Both the position numbers and the translations under genes were made by a program. Shown piece by piece: positions 40,071-49,066 of a stretch of 64,000 nt of DNA (position 1 is the stretch's first letter; each line of letters starts with the position of its first letter). Source of the DNA: an uncultured delta proteobacterium (GTDB taxonomy: Bacteria > Myxococcota_A > Polyangia > Fen-1088); the NCBI GenBank assembly GCA_963796685.1, contig CAWCMR010000009.1:329037-393036 (forward strand). Direction: 5' to 3'. The notes under the pieces are model-generated. The model saw only the letters and a list, made by a program, of their open reading frames with translations. It searched no databases and was not told the DNA's origin.

Positions 40071-41411
40071 ATGAGCGACCCCGTCTTCTGGCACCGCCTG
40101 CAATTCGGTTTCACCGCCACCTACCACTATCTGTTCCCGCAGCTCACCATGGGGCTGGCGCTGTTCATCGTCATCCTGAAGATGCTGGCCCGCCGCTCCG
40201 GCAACCAACGCTACCAAGACGCGGCGCGGTTCTGGATCCGCATCTTCGGCATCAACTTCGCGATCGGGGTGGTCACCGGCATTCCCATGGAATTCCAGTT
40301 CGGCACCAATTGGGCGCAGTTCACCCAGCGCACCGGCCCCGTCATCGGCCAGACCCTGGCCATGGAAGGCATGTTTGCCTTCTTTCTCGAATCGAGCTTC
40401 CTCGGCGTGCTCATCTGGGGCGAGGAAAAGTTCGGGCGCAAAATCCACGACCTTGCCGCGTGGGCGCTCTTCGCGGGCTCGTGGCTTTCCGGGTACTTCA
40501 TCATCGCCACCAACGCCTTCATGCAAAACCCGGTCGGGCATCGGGTCGCCCTCGACGGCAGCTTCCAGATCGCCGATTTTCTCGCCTTCCTGCTCAATCC
40601 GTGGGCACTCGCGCAGTACGCGCACAACATGGTCGCCTCGGTGGTCACGGCCTCCTTCGTGGTGACCGCGGTGGGGGCGTACTACTCCCTGCGCGAGGCC
40701 CATCTCGAACAGGCGAGGATCTTTCTCAAGCTCGGCGTGATCGTCGGGCTCGTGGCCAGCCTCCTGGTGGCGTTCCCGACCGGCGACCGACAGGGCAAGT
40801 TGGTGGCCAAGCACCAACCCATCGCCCTGGCGGCGATGGAGGGCCGATGGAACAGCGGGACCTGGGCCGAGATCAACTTCATCGGTCAGCCTGACGTCAA
40901 GAACCGGCGCCTCGACAACCCCATCCGCATGCCGGGCATCCTCAGCTTCATCGCCTACGGTTCCTTCGACAGCGACGTCAAGGGACTGAGCGAATTTCCC
41001 TCTTCCGAATGGCCGAAGAACATCGAGCTGCTCTACTACAGCTTCCACATCATGGTCGGTCTCGGAACCATCCTCATCGCGCTCATGGGCCTGTCGGCCT
41101 TTCTGCTTTGGCGCGGCCGACTCGAGCGCGCGCGCTGGCTGCACTGGATCCTCATGCTGGCCTTTCCCTTCCCCTACATCGCCACCACGGCGGGCTGGAT
41201 GACCGCCGAGCTCGGCCGCCAGCCGTGGCTGGTGTACGGCCTTCTGCGCACGGGCGACGGCAGCAGCCAGCTGGTTCACAGCGGTCAGACCGTCTTCACC
41301 TTGCTGGGATTCGCCGGCCTCTTTGTCATCCTCGGCTTCCTGTTCGTGTACCTCATTCTGCGCGAAATCGAGCACGGTCCTGTGCCCCACGGCGCCCAGG
41401 CGGAGACATAG
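40071..41411 (+). CDS. cydA: Cytochrome bd ubiquinol oxidase subunit I
   Basis: MSDPVFWHRLQFGFTATYHYLFPQLTMGL... is typical CydA, 446 aa. Confidence 0.9.
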   Translation: MSDPVFWHRLQFGFTATYHYLFPQLTMGLALFIVILKMLARRSGNQRYQDAARFWIRIFGINFAIGVVTGIPMEFQFGTNWAQFTQRTGPVIGQTLAMEGMFAFFLESSFLGVLIWGEEKFGRKIHDLAAWALFAGSWLSGYFIIATNAFMQNPVGHRVALDGSFQIADFLAFLLNPWALAQYAHNMVASVVTASFVVTAVGAYYSLREAHLEQARIFLKLGVIVGLVASLLVAFPTGDRQGKLVAKHQPIALAAMEGRWNSGTWAEINFIGQPDVKNRRLDNPIRMPGILSFIAYGSFDSDVKGLSEFPSSEWPKNIELLYYSFHIMVGLGTILIALMGLSAFLLWRGRLERARWLHWILMLAFPFPYIATTAGWMTAELGRQPWLVYGLLRTGDGSSQLVHSGQTVFTLLGFAGLFVILGFLFVYLILREIEHGPVPHGAQAET

Positions 41412-41413
41412 CC

Positions 41414-42460
41414 ATGGAAATGCTCTGGTTCTGGCTCGTCAGTGTCATGGTGGCCATCTACTCCGTGATGGATGGTTTCGATTTCGGCGCCGGCATCCTG
41501 CACCACTTCGTGGCACGCACCGACGGCGAGCGCCGCCAGGTGCTGGGCGCCATCGGTCCGCTGTGGGACGGCAACGAGGTCTGGCTGCTCGCGGGTGGCG
41601 GCAGTCTCCTCCTCGCCTTCCCCGCCGTGCTCGCCGCGGGCTTCTCGGGCTTCTACCTGGCCATGTTCATGGTGGTGTGGACGCTCATGCTGCGCGGGAT
41701 TGCCATCGAGTTCCGCAGCCACGTGAAAAGCGGCATGTGGCGCGCGTTTTGGGACTTCGTCTTCAGCTTCGCCAGCACGCTGCTGCCCGTGCTGCTCGGC
41801 GCGGCCCTGGGCAATGTGGTGCGCGGGGTGCCGCTCGACAACACCGGCTACTTCAACATTCCGCTCTTCACTCACTTCGCCACCCACAATCCCGTGGGCA
41901 TCCTCGACTGGTACACCGTGCTCATGGGCGTGTTCGTGCTGGTGACCCTGGCCAACCACGGCGCCCTGTTCTTGGCCTGGAAGACCGACGGTCCCGTGCA
42001 CGAGCGCGCGCGCAGGCTGGCCCTGCCCCTGTCGGTGCTGACCGCGGTGCTGGGCGGCCTCGCCACCCTTTCTACCGCGCAGGTCAACCCCGACATCTAC
42101 GCCAACCTGCCGCACGCGCCTTTGGCCTGGATCGGACTCTTCCTCTTCGTGCTTGGACTGGCCACCGCATTCACGGGCCAGTTGCGCGGGCGATTCCTCG
42201 TCGCCTTCCTGGGTAGCGCCGCCTTCGTCGTCGGCCTGCTCGTGGCCACCGCGGCGTGCGTGTTCCCGGTCATGCTCAAGTCCACCCTCGATCCTGCCTG
42301 GAGCCTCACCGCCTACAACGCCTCTGCCGGCCACCACGGCCTGGTCACGGGAACCAAGTGGTGGTTCCTCGGCTTCCCCATCGTCGTCGCCTACTTCGTC
42401 TTCCTGTTCCGCCTCCACCGCGGCAAGGTCAAGGCGCAGGCGGACGGTCAGGGCTACTGA
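41414..42460 (+). CDS. cydB: Cytochrome bd ubiquinol oxidase subunit II
   Basis: MEMLWFWLVSVMVAIYSVMDGFDFGAGIL... is typical CydB. Starts 3 nt after the cydA stop. Confidence 0.9.
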   Translation: MEMLWFWLVSVMVAIYSVMDGFDFGAGILHHFVARTDGERRQVLGAIGPLWDGNEVWLLAGGGSLLLAFPAVLAAGFSGFYLAMFMVVWTLMLRGIAIEFRSHVKSGMWRAFWDFVFSFASTLLPVLLGAALGNVVRGVPLDNTGYFNIPLFTHFATHNPVGILDWYTVLMGVFVLVTLANHGALFLAWKTDGPVHERARRLALPLSVLTAVLGGLATLSTAQVNPDIYANLPHAPLAWIGLFLFVLGLATAFTGQLRGRFLVAFLGSAAFVVGLLVATAACVFPVMLKSTLDPAWSLTAYNASAGHHGLVTGTKWWFLGFPIVVAYFVFLFRLHRGKVKAQADGQGY

Positions 42461-42644
42461 GGTCCCCTATGTGCCGCAAAGACTCGGTACGAAGTACGTC
42501 CTATCTTCCAACCCCGCGCCGCACTCCTCGGCGAAGCCACCTGGGGCAGGTTTGGGCGGGCAAGCTCTAGCTAGTGCGCTTGTGCGCGGAGCCGGCGAAC
42601 GATGCTCCAGCGGTGGCGGCGGCCAACAAGCGGTCCAGGAGCGG

Positions 42645-42658
42645 CTCTCTCTCTCTCT
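42645..42658. repeat. (CT)7 dinucleotide microsatellite
   Basis: Read directly: ctctctctctctct. Confidence 0.9.
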
Positions 42659-42675
42659 CCGATGGTCTCGTCGGT

Positions 42676-42699
42676 GGCGACGGTGAGCTCACCGTCGCC
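42676..42699. repeat. Perfect 24-bp palindrome GGCGACGGTGAG|CTCACCGTCGCC
   Basis: Read directly. 12+12 nt with no spacer, in the cydB-ATPase intergenic region. Confidence 0.9.
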
Positions 42700-42830
42700 G
42701 AGCGCGGTGACGAGGGTGATGCCCCCGCGCAGTGCTCGCATTTCGCCGAACACACACAGCAGCCGGGACTATTGCAGCCGGTTCCGAGGCACTTCATGGT
42801 TTATGGGCAAGTTACCAAAGTTAGTAAGTT

Positions 42831-42858
42831 TTGATAACTTGGATAACCTTGATATAAA
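42831..42858 (+). promoter_or_regulatory. Sigma-70-like promoter (TTGATA-16 nt-TATAAA) predicting a leaderless ATPase mRNA
   Basis: The -10 hexamer ends 6 nt before the ATG at 42865 and there is no SD. It is embedded in an AT-rich stretch with GATAAC/GATAAC/GATATA direct repeats. Confidence 0.4.
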
Positions 42859-42864
42859 GCGAGC

Positions 42865-44055
42865 ATGGATGCAGTTCAGAACCCGTATTCACCAGGCGCG
42901 GGAACTCAACCGCCCGCCCTGGTGGGCCGCGATGATTTGCTCGAAAATGCGCGTGTCGCGCTCGAGAGAATCCGCGATGGCAGACCGGCGAAAAGCATCC
43001 TCATGGTCGGGTTGCGAGGAGTCGGCAAGACGGTCCTACTCGACCGAATGAGGGATAACGCAGAAGCATCCGGTATCGTGACCCTGCGAATGGAAGCTCC
43101 GGAAAGCCGGTCGTTGCCGGCCATACTTGCTCCTGAGTTGCGCGCGGCCCTTCTGCGGCTTTCGCGAATTGGCCGGGCCAAGTCGCTTGCCCAGCGAGCC
43201 CTCAAGGGACTGGCCGGTTTCGCGAAGGCCCTCAAGGTGAAATACGCCGACATCGAAGTGGGCCTCGACTTGGCCCCTGAGCCCGGATTGGCCGACAACG
43301 GGGATCTCGAACATGACCTGATGGCGCTCCTTGAAGCCACCGGACAGGCCGCGAAGAAGGCCGGCACCGCTGTGGCGGTATTCCTCGACGAATTGCAGTA
43401 CGTCAAGGAGGATGAGCTCGCCGCGCTCATCACGGCGTTGCATCGGGTGGCGCAGCGCCAAATTCCGGTATCACTGGTCGGCGCTGGGCTTCCCCAGCTA
43501 CGCGGCAGGATGGGGAGCGCCAAGTCCTACGCCGAGCGCATGTTTGATTTTCCGGAGGTCGGTCCCCTCACCAGCGCTGCTGCCAAGGATGCGATTTCAA
43601 GGCCCGCGGAAGAGCAGGGTGTTCTCTTCCAGGCAAATGCCCTGGAAAGGATTGTGGAAGTGACCCAAGGGTATCCCTACTTTCTACAAGAGTGGGGCAA
43701 GCACACCTGGGAGATTGCGCGGAAGTCACCCATTACAATTCACGACGTCGACAGCTCCTCGGAGATCGCCATTGCCGCGCTGGATGCGAGCTTCTTCCGG
43801 GTTCGGTTCGATCGCCTGACTCCGCTCGAAAAACGCTACGTCCGCGCGATGGCGGATCTTGGCGCGGGCCCCCACCGTTCGGGTGAAATCGCCGCGAAGC
43901 TGCAACGCAAGGTGACGGCCTTGGCGCCTACTCGAAGCCAACTCATCCTCAAAGGGATGATCTGGAGCCCGAATCACGGCGACACCGCGTTTACCGTCCC
44001 CATGTTCGACGAATTCATGCGCAGGATCATGCCGGGCAAGGACTGGCTGGAGTAG
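42865..44055 (+). CDS. AAA-type ATP-binding protein (archaeal-ATPase/ORC-like fold) with C-terminal winged-helix
   Basis: NPYSPGAGTQPPALVGRD...LMVGLRGVGKTVLL (Walker A), VFLDELQY (Walker B). The C-terminal LTPLEKRYVRAMADLG...SGEIAAKL is wHTH-like. Third codon positions are visibly more A/T-rich than in neighbouring genes. Confidence 0.8.
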   Translation: MDAVQNPYSPGAGTQPPALVGRDDLLENARVALERIRDGRPAKSILMVGLRGVGKTVLLDRMRDNAEASGIVTLRMEAPESRSLPAILAPELRAALLRLSRIGRAKSLAQRALKGLAGFAKALKVKYADIEVGLDLAPEPGLADNGDLEHDLMALLEATGQAAKKAGTAVAVFLDELQYVKEDELAALITALHRVAQRQIPVSLVGAGLPQLRGRMGSAKSYAERMFDFPEVGPLTSAAAKDAISRPAEEQGVLFQANALERIVEVTQGYPYFLQEWGKHTWEIARKSPITIHDVDSSSEIAIAALDASFFRVRFDRLTPLEKRYVRAMADLGAGPHRSGEIAAKLQRKVTALAPTRSQLILKGMIWSPNHGDTAFTVPMFDEFMRRIMPGKDWLE

Positions 44056-44314
44056 AGCCAAGCAAGTCGCCTCGCGGGGGCAGGTGTATCCAGGTTGGCA
44101 GGCTGGATCCTTGTCCTGCTCTTCCTGCTTGGGCCAGAACGTCCACCTGGTGCAACGCCTCGATGGCAATCGGCAGCTTGAACACGCTCTGTATGGGAAA
44201 CGGCTGGTTCCGGTTCAGACCAAGGGTCCGCCCCGTCGCCAGCTCCACCGCCGCGAACCCGACCGTCCCGCGAGCAGCATGGCGAGGAAGAACGTCATGG
44301 CAGGAGGCTAGCAC
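44027..44314 (-). pseudogene. Remnant of a class A beta-lactamase-like serine hydrolase
   Basis: GTVGFAAVELATGRTLGLNRNQPFPIQSVFKLPIAIEALHQVD contains the S-x-x-K motif in the FPMQSVFK context. There is no signal peptide upstream, and the C-terminal ~200 aa are missing because the 3' end of the ATPase gene overlaps it. Confidence 0.4.
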
Positions 44315-44474
44315 TGAAGGCGTTTTGCGGCGCGTACGAAGCCGCCCCTGGGCGGCACGATCGAATGCACGCGAAAGACCCTTTCCAATCGCAACGGTCT
44401 GTAGACCGTGAGCCGGATCGCACTACTGAGGTCGTCTCCTCACGGTCCGCGATTCCGGCTATCATCGCTTGCCC

Positions 44475-47400
44475 ATGCAATCGGTCGATCTCCACCTGGC
44501 CTCCTTCCCGGAGCACAATCCGAATCCGGTCGTCGAAGTCGACGCGGCAGGCGGCGGCGTGTGCTACGCCAATCCCGCCGCTTTGGCGCTGTTTCCCGAC
44601 CTCATGGCAAAAGGCCCCGCACACCCCTGGCTCGCGGACTGGCCGACGGCCGTTCTCTCGATCGAGAAGGCCCCAAGCGGGAACACCATCCACCGCGCCA
44701 TCGTCGTAGGCAAGCGCACCTATCACCAAACCCTGCACCTGATGCCCAGGGAGAGGGTCGTTCGCATCTACGGCCTCGACATCACCGAGCAGGTGCAGAC
44801 CGAGGCGGCGGTGCGCGAAGCACACGCCAGAACGTCCACCATCCTGGAGAGCATCGCCGACGCCTTCTATTCGCTCGACAACGAGTGGCGCTTCATGGCG
44901 GTGAATCCCGCGGCAGAGCGCGCCCCCTTCGGGCGTCCCGCAAGCGAGCTTCTGGGCAAGGTGATTTGGGATGTGTTCCCCGGGCTGCCGGGAACGCGCA
45001 TCCACCAGCACTACCTGGACGCCGTCGCCAAGCGTAGCCGGGAGCACTACGAGGCGCCCTCGCCGCTCGATGGCCGCTGGTACGAGGTGTTCATGTTTCC
45101 GCGCACCGGGGGCCTGGACGTGTATCTGCGCGACATCGACGACCGCAAGAAGGCGGAGGCCGCGCTCAAGGCGAGCGAGGAGAGCTTGCGACTCTTTATC
45201 GACCATGCCCCGGCCTCGCTGGCCATGTTCGACCGCGACATGCGCTACCTGAGCGTCAGCCGCCGTTGGCTGGCCGACTACCGACTGGGCGACCGGGATG
45301 TGCGGGGCTTGTCGCACTACGAGGTCTTTCCCGAGATCGGCGAGGCCTGGAGGAAGGTCCACCGCCGCGCCCTGGCCGGTGAGGTGGTGCGATCCGGGTG
45401 CGAGCGCTTCCCACGCGCCGATGGCAGCGTGCAGTGGGTACGCTGGGAAGCCCGTCCCTGGCACGAGCCCTCGGGCGGCATCGGCGGCATCGTCATTTTC
45501 ACCGAGGACATCACCGAGGCCACGCTGGCCGCCGAGGCGCTACGGCGCTACGAGCTCTTGGCGAGGCAAAGCCGCGACATCGTGCTCTTCGTGCGACGCA
45601 CGGACGGCCGCATTCTCGAGGCCAACGCTGCGGCCGTGGACGCCTACGGCTACAGCCGCGAGGAGCTCCTTTCGCTCTCCGTCCACAAGCTACGCGCCCT
45701 CAACACCACCCCCCTGACCGAGGGGCAGATGGCCATCGCCGACGAGCGCGGGATCCTCTTCGAGACCGCCCACCAAAACAAAGACGGCCGGACCTTCCCC
45801 GTCGAAGTCAGCTCGCGAGGCGCACTGGTCGACGGTGAGCACACGCTGGTGAGCGTGGTGCGCGACGTCAGCGAGCGCAAACGGCTGGAACGGCTCTACG
45901 CGGTCTTGAGCCGGGTCAACGAGGCCATCGTGCGAACGCGCGACGAAAAGACTTTGTACGGCGAGATCTGCCGGATCGCGACCGAGACCGGTGATTTTCC
46001 CCTGGCCTGGATTGGGCTCGTCGAGGGGCACGCCGTCATCCCCGTGGCTTCGGCCGGCACGGAGATCGCCTATCTGCGCGAGATCCGCGTCGAGCTCGAG
46101 GGTGACTTGGGCGCGGGGCCGACCGGGACCTGCGTGCGTGAAGATCGGCCGGTGGTGAACGACGACTTCTCCACCAACCCCAGCACGTCGCCCTGGCGCG
46201 CCCCCGCGCTTGGCCACGGGTTCCGCGCCTCCGCCGCTTTTCCCTTGCATAGGCACGCACAGGTCATCGGCGCGCTCACGCTCTATGCGGGGCGACCCGG
46301 CGTCTTCGATTCGGCGGAGAGGGGGCTCATCGAAGCACTGTGCGCGGATATTTCCTACGCCATCGCCGCGCAGGAGCACGAGCGGGAGCGGACGCAAGCC
46401 GAGGAAGCCCTGCGGACCGCCAACGCGCGCCTGCTTGCGGCCGACCAGCACAAGAACGAGTTTCTCGCCGTGTTGTCGCACGAGTTGCGCAACCCGCTCG
46501 CGCCCATCCGCAACAGTCTTTTCCTGCTCGATCGGGCTGCTCCGGACAGCGAACAGGCGAGGCGCGCCCGCGAAATCATCGGGCGACAGGTCGATCAGAT
46601 GTCGCGACTGGTGGACGACCTGCTCGACGTCACGCGCATCTCGCATCGCAAGATCCAGCTCCAGCGTGCTCCGCTCGATCTGAATGACGTTGTCCGCAGC
46701 ACGGTGGAGGACCACCGCTCCTTGCTCGACGGCAAGGGAATCGCCCTCGAGACAAGCCTTGCGCCCGAGGAGCTGCCCATCGAGGGAGACCGGGCTCGCC
46801 TTGCCCAAATCGTGGGGAACCTTCTTCACAATGCGGCCAAGTACACACCGGCGGGCCAACTTGTCCGAGTCGAGACCAAGGCCATCCCCGCGCGGAGCCG
46901 GGTCGGTATCCGGATCGTGGATACCGGCGTGGGCATCGAGCCCACCGTGCTAGCTCGGTTGTTTGAACCCTTCATGCAGGCCGGCGCGACCTTGGATCGC
47001 AGCCAGGGCGGCCTGGGACTTGGGCTGGCACTGGTGAAGGGCCTGGTCGAGTTGCACGGCGGGGAAGTCTGCGCCCACAGCGATGGTTTCGGAAAGGGGG
47101 CGGAGCTCATCGTCGAGCTACCGCTCGGCCAAGCCAAGAATGACAAGATCAGCGTCAAAACCGGGGCCCTGGCAGGCCGCCGACGACGAGTTCTAATTAT
47201 CGAGGACAACCTCGATGCAGCCCAAAGCCTGTGCGAAGTGCTCGAATTCGGCGACCACCTCGTCGAGGTCGCCCACGACGGCGGCGAGGGCCTGGCCAAA
47301 GCCCGTCAGTTCAGGCCGGAGGTCGTGTTTTGCGATATCGGGTTGCCTGGCATGGACGGCTACGGCGTCGCGCGAGCGTTTCGCAACGACGACGCGCTGA

Positions 47401-47549
47401 AGCGCGCCTTTCTCGTGGCCCTGAGCGGCTACGCCCTGCCCGAAGACCTGAAGCGCGCGTGGGAGGCCGGTTTCGATAGACACGTCGCCAAGCCCCCGAG
47501 TCTGGAGATGATCGAGGAGCTTCTCCAAGTGGGCGGCGTTACCAAATAG
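44475..47549 (+). CDS. Hybrid sensor histidine kinase (multiple PAS, GAF, HisKA, HATPase_c, receiver)
   Basis: PAS-like repeats, then a GAF-like segment, then H-box LSHELRNPL, G2 box GGLGLGLALV, and a C-terminal REC (VLIIEDN...CDIGLPGMDG...KP). Confidence 0.9.
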   Translation: MQSVDLHLASFPEHNPNPVVEVDAAGGGVCYANPAALALFPDLMAKGPAHPWLADWPTAVLSIEKAPSGNTIHRAIVVGKRTYHQTLHLMPRERVVRIYGLDITEQVQTEAAVREAHARTSTILESIADAFYSLDNEWRFMAVNPAAERAPFGRPASELLGKVIWDVFPGLPGTRIHQHYLDAVAKRSREHYEAPSPLDGRWYEVFMFPRTGGLDVYLRDIDDRKKAEAALKASEESLRLFIDHAPASLAMFDRDMRYLSVSRRWLADYRLGDRDVRGLSHYEVFPEIGEAWRKVHRRALAGEVVRSGCERFPRADGSVQWVRWEARPWHEPSGGIGGIVIFTEDITEATLAAEALRRYELLARQSRDIVLFVRRTDGRILEANAAAVDAYGYSREELLSLSVHKLRALNTTPLTEGQMAIADERGILFETAHQNKDGRTFPVEVSSRGALVDGEHTLVSVVRDVSERKRLERLYAVLSRVNEAIVRTRDEKTLYGEICRIATETGDFPLAWIGLVEGHAVIPVASAGTEIAYLREIRVELEGDLGAGPTGTCVREDRPVVNDDFSTNPSTSPWRAPALGHGFRASAAFPLHRHAQVIGALTLYAGRPGVFDSAERGLIEALCADISYAIAAQEHERERTQAEEALRTANARLLAADQHKNEFLAVLSHELRNPLAPIRNSLFLLDRAAPDSEQARRAREIIGRQVDQMSRLVDDLLDVTRISHRKIQLQRAPLDLNDVVRSTVEDHRSLLDGKGIALETSLAPEELPIEGDRARLAQIVGNLLHNAAKYTPAGQLVRVETKAIPARSRVGIRIVDTGVGIEPTVLARLFEPFMQAGATLDRSQGGLGLGLALVKGLVELHGGEVCAHSDGFGKGAELIVELPLGQAKNDKISVKTGALAGRRRRVLIIEDNLDAAQSLCEVLEFGDHLVEVAHDGGEGLAKARQFRPEVVFCDIGLPGMDGYGVARAFRNDDALKRAFLVALSGYALPEDLKRAWEAGFDRHVAKPPSLEMIEELLQVGGVTK

Positions 47550-47636
47550 GGCTGGGAGTTCCGAAATGGTAACCTGAAACCGCGACTTGCTACGGCGCCT
47601 GTCGAGCCTGGGCGAAAGCGCGCGCGGTGCGATGCT

Positions 47637-47652
47637 TGGCCCGCGTCCTGCA
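47637..47652 (+). promoter_or_regulatory. Weak sigma-54 promoter-like motif upstream of the small ORF
   Basis: TGGCCC-GCGTC-CTGCA. The GG/GC spacing is correct, with two mismatches to TGGCAC-N5-TTGCA. About 55 nt upstream of ATG 47708. Confidence 0.2.
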
Positions 47653-47707
47653 ACCGAGATGCCCTGTAGGGAATCATAAGTCCATTGACTACGATAGGAG
47701 CAGGACC

Positions 47708-47896
47708 ATGAACCACATCATTCAAGGGCGAACGTACAGTGTCGCAGAGCTCGTAGCCGCGGCCTACAAGGCGGCCACGCAGGTCACACGCAATCGCATG
47801 CTCGCTGCGATGATCGTCAGCAAGATCCTCGAAAGCTGGCTGATGCAATCAGACCGTCAAGATCTCGTGCGGAAGCTCCAATCCGTTTCCACCTAG
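47708..47896 (+). CDS. Small hypothetical protein (62 aa)
   Basis: ATG preceded by AGGAG at a 7-nt spacing. Helical, soluble-looking. No family recognised. Confidence 0.5.
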   Translation: MNHIIQGRTYSVAELVAAAYKAATQVTRNRMLAAMIVSKILESWLMQSDRQDLVRKLQSVST

Positions 47897-47925
47897 AGTC
47901 GCGCTCTCGCCTCGTGATCTCCACT

Positions 47926-49044
47926 TCAAATCGTCGGAAGCCCGGCCCGAGCCAAGATCTCTTCCAGTTGCTCCATGCTCGGCGGCTTGGGCATATGGTC
48001 GTGAAAGCCGGCCGCCACGGCACGACGCCGTTCATCGGGCTGGGCGTAGCCGGTCATGGCCACCAGCACGACGTTGCGCAACTGTGCGTCTCCGCGTAGG
48101 GCGCGCGCCACGGCGTATCCATCCATCACCGGCAAGCCGATGTCGCAGAAGACGATTTCGGGTTGAAACTCGCGCGCGAGAGCCAAACCGGCGTGGCCGT
48201 CCTTGGCCGTCTGGACCACGTGGCCAAATGACACCAATGCCGCTTGAAGGCTCTCCGCTGCGTCCAAGTTGTCCTCGATGACCAGCACGCGTCGACGCGC
48301 ACGCGGTGGCGGCACGGGCCGAGCGGCGCTCTCGCCATCCACGTTGCCAAGCGGAAGGTCGACGGTAAACGTGGCCCCGCGCCCTGGGCCGTCGCTCTCG
48401 ACCTGAGCGCTTCCCCCGTGCAGCTCCACCAGTCCCCTGACAACGGCAAGCCCTAGCCCCAGGCCACCCTGGGTACGGGCCAGTGACGCATTGCCCTGAA
48501 CAAAGGGCTCGAATACGTGCGGCAGCAGGTCGGGCTCGATGCCGATCCCGGTGTCGCGGACGCTGATGCGACAGCAACCCGCGTTCGGACCTCGCTGCAC
48601 GGCCACGGTCACGCCACCGCCAGCCGGAGTGAATTTGGCCGCGTTGTGCAAAAGATTGCCCAGGGTCTGAGCCACGCGCGTCGGATCGGCAAGGCCCAGG
48701 ATTGGCTCCTCCGGCGCTTCGACCGTGAGATGGAGGGCATTGCCGTCGAAGAGCGCCCGGTTGTCCTCGACCGAGGTGCGTACCAATGTGCATAAATCGG
48801 TGATCGAGCGATGCAGCACCAGCTTGTCGCGGACGATGCGGGCCGCGTCGAGCAGGTCGTTGGCCAGGGACGTGAGCTGGTCGATCTGTCTGTCCATGAT
48901 GGCCATCATGCGCATGGCCTGCACACCGCCCGGCTCGGCCCGTTGCAGGACGAACAGACTCGAGCGAAGGGACGCAAGCGGGTTGCGCAGCTCGTGCGAG
49001 AGAGTGGCTAGTAACTCCTCGATGCGAGGATTGCCGCGATCCAT
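47926..49044 (-). CDS. Sensor-less hybrid histidine kinase (HisKA-HATPase_c-REC)
   Basis: Begins about 10 aa before the H-box (LSHELRNPL). GGLGLGLAVV. C-terminal REC (VLVIEDN...CDIGLPVMDG...KP). Clear paralog of the C-terminal part of the 44475..47549 product. Confidence 0.85.
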   Translation of the reverse strand: MDRGNPRIEELLATLSHELRNPLASLRSSLFVLQRAEPGGVQAMRMMAIMDRQIDQLTSLANDLLDAARIVRDKLVLHRSITDLCTLVRTSVEDNRALFDGNALHLTVEAPEEPILGLADPTRVAQTLGNLLHNAAKFTPAGGGVTVAVQRGPNAGCCRISVRDTGIGIEPDLLPHVFEPFVQGNASLARTQGGLGLGLAVVRGLVELHGGSAQVESDGPGRGATFTVDLPLGNVDGESAARPVPPPRARRRVLVIEDNLDAAESLQAALVSFGHVVQTAKDGHAGLALAREFQPEIVFCDIGLPVMDGYAVARALRGDAQLRNVVLVAMTGYAQPDERRRAVAAGFHDHMPKPPSMEQLEEILARAGLPTI

Positions 49045-49066
49045 GGATACCCGGGGAACTGAACAT

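Noticed and set aside
42461-44474. Calling the ATPase region a mobile element or defence island
   Set aside because: No integrase, transposase, terminal inverted repeats, target-site duplication or tRNA attachment site is visible. The ATPase is a singleton. It is reported only as a compositionally atypical insert.
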